The notes beneath the pieces are model-generated. The model searched no databases. It had not been told where the DNA came from and saw only the letters and a program-made list of their open reading frames with translations. Source: Lingula anatina (Eukaryota; Animalia; Brachiopoda). From it: a stretch of DNA of 64,000 nt. Of the stretch, positions 57,850-64,000 are shown piece by piece. Positions within the stretch are counted from its first letter, which is position 1, and each line of letters begins with the position of its first letter. The stretch covers positions 2,666,001-2,730,000 of the forward strand of contig CM120647.1 of NCBI GenBank assembly GCA_051362555.1, in the 5' to 3' direction. The position numbers and the translations under genes are program-made.

Positions 57850-59245
57850 AAATGAGCAGACCAATATATACTTGCCATTTTTTTGCAAGTTATAATATAT
57901 AATACATAATACAGTGTATAAGTTACTTTTAAGAAAAGTTAACTGCACATGGTTCCTCGTGTTGGCAGTATCAAAGTTGATACTGGTAAACTTCCAAGTC
58001 TGTACCCCTGGACAGAATGAGGGCATTCTGAAATGAGTTTATTAAAAACATTCAATATTATAAAAACCTTCAATATGAAACACTTCATAATGAGAATATC
58101 AAGCAGTCAATCAATCACCATTACTTCTTAGTTGTTTAAAAGTATACTTTTTACTCTAGATATGCCTTAATGAAAGAAAACAGGATTTCTATATTTTCCC
58201 TCATATAATTCCAGTTGGCTTACAATGCAATAATAAATATAATTTTCATGAAAATGTCAAAACTTGACTCACAAGTAAAACAAAGAGGCCACAGCTATGT
58301 CCATCTTTTTGTTTTGAGGTCTTCATTTACCCCTTGGTCCAATCCTTATCTTCCCCTCTGAGCTTCATGTATGGTCTTTAATTAAAATAAAATAATATAG
58401 GTATGTATTGAACACAAATCTGTTTTACAATTCCAAATCAATAAAAGAAGCCATCTACAGTATGTGACCTGAGATTTCTGTGACTGCAGTCAAATTATGT
58501 GGACGTTTTGTATACAAGTCAAGTATTCAAGCATTTACACTACAGATAAATATAACTGGACTGATTTTGATTCTATTATAATTCTAACCTCACAGCCAAA
58601 AAACTGTAAAGAAAAAAAAAAAAAAACTAGAGGATCAGAGAGGCAATACCACCTCTAAGTATTGTACCACCAGCTGGTGCAGGGCATAGCTTAAATTTCT
58701 TAAAAAGACCAAAAAGACCAGAAACAAAGGGTGTGAAGAACAAGACTGTACTGTCTTCTTGTGATAAAATATGCCTAGACAAATTTGTGTGGTTGTGTAA
58801 ATTCATGCCATTTTTTATGGAATAAGAAAAGAGTACTAATTTGTAGACCACACCCACGCCATTTCATAGTTGCAAAATTACATTTACCCTAAATATGCTG
58901 CTATTAATTATGTATTCAGTGAGAGTGACCAATATGTACAGAGTGTATCTCCTCCTTTTTATCAAAGACAAATTGAACTTTAAAATAGATTTATCATTAA
59001 GAAAAGCAGTTAACAGTTTACTGCCTTTTGTATTCTGATGCATTAATTACATATTCATGTAGGTGCACCAAGCTTACCCTCATTTACCAATGTAGTGGTC
59101 AAATCTGCTATCATACAGGGAAATCCAGGACAACACTAGGGAAATCCAGGACAACAGCAGGGAAATCCAGAATAACACAAGGGAAATCCAGGACAACAGC
59201 AGGGAAATCCAGGACAGAGTGAGGAGGATATTCAGAGTATTCCAC
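57850..59245 (-). pseudogene. Decayed multi-exon Ulp1/SENP-like (C48 cysteine protease) coding remnant, possibly from a Ginger1-type transposon
   Basis: The segment 58375-58273 is bounded by AG and GTGAGT and reads PYMKLRGEDKDWTKG*MKTSKQKDGHSCGLFVLL, containing the QxDGxSCGxFV motif. Phase-compatible GT-AG joins give ..LVNE|VQFVFDKKEEIHSVHIG (59078/58977), LNT*LIAAYLG|HILSQEDSTVLFFTPF (58888/58774) and FVLL|NALILSRG (58273/58027). It carries stops and frameshifts, and I did not find the His-Trp exon. Confidence 0.55.
59117..59216. repeat. 21-bp minisatellite, ~4.8 copies (AGGGAAATCCAGGACAACAGC)
   Basis: Units start at 59117, 59138, 59159, 59180 and 59201. Confidence 0.92.
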
Positions 59246-60099
59246 CTGCAAATTCAAAAGCAAATTGACAGACATATTTTGCAAAGAATATGCAAGACAC
59301 ATTCTGATATAGCCATTTTACATATTGTAAACTTGATATATTTAATATTTAATCATACTTTTATATGAAGGACAAATGCATATTGTATGTCTTTTAAATA
59401 TCCTAAAATTGTTCAATTTGATGAAGATTAGAATAAAACGGATGCTTGTATGAAAGGATTTTCAAAATGCCTTGGCTACAAATCAGCCTTTACTTTAATA
59501 TTACCACTGTGGCAGCAACACTGAAACTGCCTATACATTTTCCTTCAAACTAAATGCAATAAAGAACTGACGGAAATTATCACCTACATTTGGAAACATG
59601 TAAGCCCAGTTTCATCAACACTGGATAGTGCTATCCATTGGATAACACTTTCATTAGATAAAATAATCCTCTGGGAAATTATCTTGTGGATAAAGTAATG
59701 TTTATTAAACACAAGGCAGCAAAGCTGTCAAATGTACAGACAAAAAGCAGAAAATAAAAATGCAGAAAATAGGATACTGTCAATTCTGATGCAATAATGT
59801 ATTATGCTCAACTGCGTAGCCAACATCAAATTTTAATTCTGCAAAACAGTTGATTAGGATGAAAGTAAAATGTGTAACAAGCATCAGAACAAGTTCCCAT
59901 ACCTAGATCAATCTAACAGGATCAATCCAAGGAGGCAGTGCCCAAAATAGGGTTTTGTTCAATTTTGATGTAATATTACACAATGCTTAACAGCATAATA
60001 ACCATAAATTTTTTAATAATAAAATAAAAGTATCATGTATATTCAGAAAATGTAACTAGCCCATAGAGTTCAGAGTCACACTTTGAAAATCCCAAAATG

Positions 60100-60630
60100 T
60101 AAACAAGAAAAAACTGTATTGAAAAAGTTTATTTCCATTTTCAACACCTTTTTTACATAAAACAAAATAATCAATTTACTGTCATTTTTATATGATCAAT
60201 AAAAAATATGTTGTCAAAGCAAAAACTTGACCCACGTACTATAAATATTTATCAGTTCTGTAAGTTTCAAGCCAAAAGGTAAAACGGTTTTTCACTTATG
60301 TTATCGGTGTTGTATAAATGCTGAAAAAAGTGAAAAAAACAGCATAACTTACCTAAAAATGGCCTGATTATGCTGATTTTCGAACTTGACCTGCATATAA
60401 TGAATATTCATCAGTTTTGTAATTTTCAATCCAAAAGAAAAAATGGTTTTCACTTACAGTAATGTGCCAAGCATTTTGACAGGCACCAGTCAATCCGACC
60501 AAAAAAATTATATTATAAAATTTAATTTTCTGGGCTCAAACATTTAGTCCATACGTCAAAATCATGTGACAGAATTTTTTTCTTGTTTTGATTGTTAGAC
60601 CACATCGTCGGCGAGACTCGGGTAAATTTT
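60100..60630 (+). mobile_element. Probable degenerate Helentron-type element with two ~160-bp core repeats
   Basis: The motif ACTTGACC...ATCAGTT..GTAA(G/T)TTTCAA.CCAAAAG...GGTTTT occurs at ~60225 and ~60384, the second preceded by a CATAACT box. Boundaries are uncertain. Confidence 0.4.
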
Positions 60631-61027
60631 CAAGCCAGTGAAATAGATGCTGCATGTCGCGACCCTTTGTCAATTTTTTTCCTTTCAATAGCTCTCGTCA
60701 ATGAGGAAGAAACAATTAATTGAAAATCTAATCTGGAAGCGTGACATACCTGTCATTTCCTTTGTCCCCGATGACAATTAAAATTGCTTATAGACATACA
60801 ATTTGTGCTAATTAAGCAGACTTGCCCTTGCTGACTAATGCCGTAACTTGGGGGGGGGGGGGGGATTTTGAAGAATAAAAAAAGGTCTGTTCTGGATGAA
60901 ACCAAATATCGACAGTGGGTAGAATATGTCGTAAATACCTTCATACAGACCATATATAGCATTTGCTAGCGATAAAAAGTTTGGGAAAAATAAGTAATTT
61001 ATTTTCAAGTTCGATTGAAATATATAT

Positions 61028-61949
61028 CATCATCATCAGTGCTCTTCGTCCCGTGTGGGACATAAGGCCGCAGTCACTTCTTTCCATTTGGCCCTGTCTC
61101 TGGCTACGTGCTGGGCCTGTCCCCATGTAAGGTCCCCCTCCCTCAGCTCTGCCATCACTGTTCGGCGCCAGGTGGTCTTGGGCCTTCCTCTCTTTCTTTT
61201 TCCAGGTGGTGTCCATCTCAAAGCTACCTTTGGTACTCGGTTCTCGTCCATCCTAAGTACATGGCCGAGCCATTTAAATCGCCGTCGCTTGATCTGCCCT
61301 ACAATACTCTGGCTCCCTGTCAGTATGTACAGGTCATGGTTGGAGATCTTATTTGGCCAGAATATGCGGCAGATCCTGCGGAGACACCTGTTATGGAAGG
61401 ACTCTACTCTGCTCACGCAGACTTAGTAACTCTCCAGCATTCAGACCCGTAGAGCAGAACAGACTTCACATTGCTGTTGTAAAGATGGACTTTGGTGTGT
61501 AAGCTGTACTGCTCTGACTTCCAGATTGTGCAGAGGCTGGCGAATGAACTCTGGGCCTTGCCAAGTCTTGCCCTGATGTCCTTCTGAGCCCCGTTGTCTT
61601 TGCTGATTAGACTTCCCAGATATGTGAAGTCGTCGACAGACACAAGTGGTTTCCCAATGACGGTGATAGGTGCTGTCGTACTGTTGTTAATGCACATGAC
61701 CTGGGTTTTGGTGGTGCTGATGGAAAGTCCTGCAGCAAAGCTACTCAGAAGGTCAGTCTTCTCCTGGAGATGGCTGTGTTTGGAGGACAGGAGGGCAAGG
61801 TCATCGGCAAAGTCAAGGTCAAGCTGGGATAGGAGAGTCCACTGGATGCCTCTGGGTTTGTCGGATGTTGTCTTTCTCATGACCCAGTGGATGGTTACAA
61901 GGAAGAGAATTGGGGACAAGATACAGACTTGACATACACCTGAATCCAC
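61028..61949 (-). mobile_element. 5'-truncated RTE-clade LINE (C-terminal part of RT), frameshifted, with a (TGA)n tail and a 12-bp TSD
   Basis: ORF 61413-61949 reads SGVCQVCILSPILF..LDFADDLALLS..FTYLGS..VKSVLLYGSECW. ORF 61036-61416 reads RRRFKWLGHVLRM..KRKRGRPKTTW..ARDRAKW. TSD TGAAATATATAT at 61016-61027 and 61950-61961. Confidence 0.93.
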
Positions 61950-62614
61950 TGAAATATATATGCAGATGGGGAAATGTTCTTAAAGTCAACACTGCATTTA
62001 CTACAATCGACCGAAAAATCAGCGGGATCGACCGTCCAGACTTCTTGGCGCCAAATACCACGCGCTGTCAAAATCTGACAAACACATTTAGCTGTTCACC
62101 TACATGGATAACTGATTTGTCAACAATAAAAATGGTGTATTCCTTATCTCCTTGGGAGCTTCCCAGAGAGTCCCACTGGGTATTTTCGTTACCTGTGAGT
62201 CACTTTTTATTTCTCCAGATGCATGAAATGTTGATATTATTTAGCATAATCCATGAAGAACTCCATTCCTGTGACCTCCTCCCCCACAATGGGACCGTCT
62301 TTATTAACATGTGGTTTGTGCTAGGTATGCTGGAGCAGACCAGATAAGACCAGTCTCTCATTTCTGTGTGTGCTCAATCCTCACGTCAAATTATAAATGC
62401 ATTTGTTTTGTGAAAATTATGGCGATTAAATGCTTATTTTACGTTCAGGTTGTATCAGTGGGGTTTTCAATATGCACCGTTATTTTTGTGCACAGGGAGT
62501 GTATATAAGTAAGAAAATCGGAAGAGTGCCAACAACATATGTCTATCGGCACAGGTAGACTCCATAGTTTGCCTTTTCTCAATATATTTCAATATGACAT
62601 GCTTTTTAAATTAA

Positions 62615-62951
62615 AGGGATAATAACTCTTCGTTTTGGCCAAAAAATGAATTTTCCAGGAGTAAACAACAATTTTTCCATACTTACCATTGGTTAATGAA
62701 TCCATTTTTACATTCAAAGTTAGTCCCTGGTTTTTTTCTAAACAGTTTGGTTTTTTGTTAAAATCTCTTAAGAGATTATAACTGAGTACAGCCATTTATG
62801 GAGGTCACGTGGTCTGAAGACAAGCTCAGATATCTGAATAATAGCTATAACTGCCGTTTTTGTGGTAAAACAGAATATGTTATATTTCTACGAGTTGTTC
62901 ACAATGTTTTTATTGTGAAATATAGATATCATACAAAGAGTTATTATCCCT
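62615..62951. mobile_element. Kolobok/T2-like MITE with a TTAA TSD
   Basis: Perfect inverted repeat TTAAAGGGATAATAACTCTT (62611-62630) / AAGAGTTATTATCCCTTTAA (62936-62955). Confidence 0.78.
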
Positions 62952-64000
62952 TTAAATACTTAAAAGTAATTTTAAGTTACACTGAATTCCGTTTGAGTAC
63001 CAGTTGGTATTCTTTGATAGGGGTGATTGAATTTTCTTCGGAAGTACATACGTCTACGCCTCGACGCCGAGGAAGCCTTGCGAGTTGAAAACAACTGATC
63101 TCAGACTGGTAAAAAAATTTCTATTCGGTTGATTTTAGTTGTCATATTAAAATTCAAATAGGGCATACGTAGATCACATAACTAGTTTAAGTCCACTAAA
63201 GCTGCCGGTTTCAAATATAAGTGACCGGGCATTGTTTACAACACCTGTCTCCGGGGAAATATTTGTCCCACTTGTGAAGCGCATCATGTAAATGATCGTA
63301 GAAGAGGGAAATAAATAGATAGAAATTATAACTGTCGTCTGTTTGAATGTTAAGTAATGTTAGCACATATTGTACACAGCAAAATAAGATTTCAAAAGGA
63401 TGATAAAACGTGCCTGAAAGACGTGTTAGGCGAAAATTGCAGCTTATCTTGTGTAACACTTTGGGTAAAATGTAATACTTCCGTAAGATGGACGTTTTGG
63501 CAGATGCCCCAAACAATCTGACGATATCAAAGGTTTCCATTGCTATATTTTAATCAATTCGACCAAAATGACATTTCCATGAAATTAATTAATCAATCTT
63601 GGTCGAATTGTTTGGCATATTACCGTATTGTGTTATCGGTAAAAGTGCACGGCGACAGCAGACACAGGTGACGGCTATATGTACAGACACATCTGTGTCT
63701 GTACATAAAAACTGCTTTGAAAGTTCAAAATCATCAGAAATTGCAGAGTAAGTGAAGGAGATGCTGGACTGAAAAGATAGGAAAAAAGTCTATCTGCAGC
63801 AGTACACTTAGATCCAGTAGAAATGAGAGAGATCATCATCAAAGTGGTGTAAACTTTCTGAACTTGAAGAATGTGACAACTGAATGAGTTATCTAGGTAC
63901 CCACAATCAAGTGAGCTTTCATGGATATTCTGACTGTGTGATCGCATCGCCACATCAAGCTGGAGATGAAAGCAGAGGTAAGCAAGAGCTGAAACCTGAC

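Noticed and set aside
61055-62347. Plus-strand ORFs of 112-145 aa
   Set aside because: They are antisense shadows of the RTE ORF or lack any recognisable motif.
63211-63953. Minus-strand ORFs of 109 and 92 aa
   Set aside because: They have no recognisable domain or convincing splice structure, so I cannot support them as coding.

Overview
This is AT-rich eukaryotic DNA, probably from an animal. A marine invertebrate or lophotrochozoan is my inference from the transposon types. I see no intact protein-coding gene. Positions 1-~49,800 are one same-orientation, strongly A/C-skewed complex satellite made of diverged ~49-bp monomers (consensus near ACATACACAGTGATCAAAATAAATACAAACACATACAGTGACAACACAG). 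The monomers are organised into 147-bp (3x49) trimers and reshuffled modules, with higher-order duplications at periods of 2,509 bp, ~3,279 bp and ~12.83 kb. Three insertions interrupt the array: a 5'-truncated Rex1/Babar LINE present twice through duplication, an antisense poly(A) retro-insertion with an 8-bp target-site duplication (TSD), and a GC-rich MITE. From ~49.8 to ~53.8 kb the monomer decays into a degenerate halo invaded by a Helentron-like element and DNA-transposon MITEs. The rest (54-64 kb) holds further MITEs, a 5'-truncated RTE LINE with a 12-bp TSD, and a decayed spliced Ulp1/C48-protease-like remnant on the minus strand (possibly Ginger1-type) that the ORF track does not show as a gene. 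The many Cys/Val/Phe-rich minus-strand ORFs are satellite artefacts.
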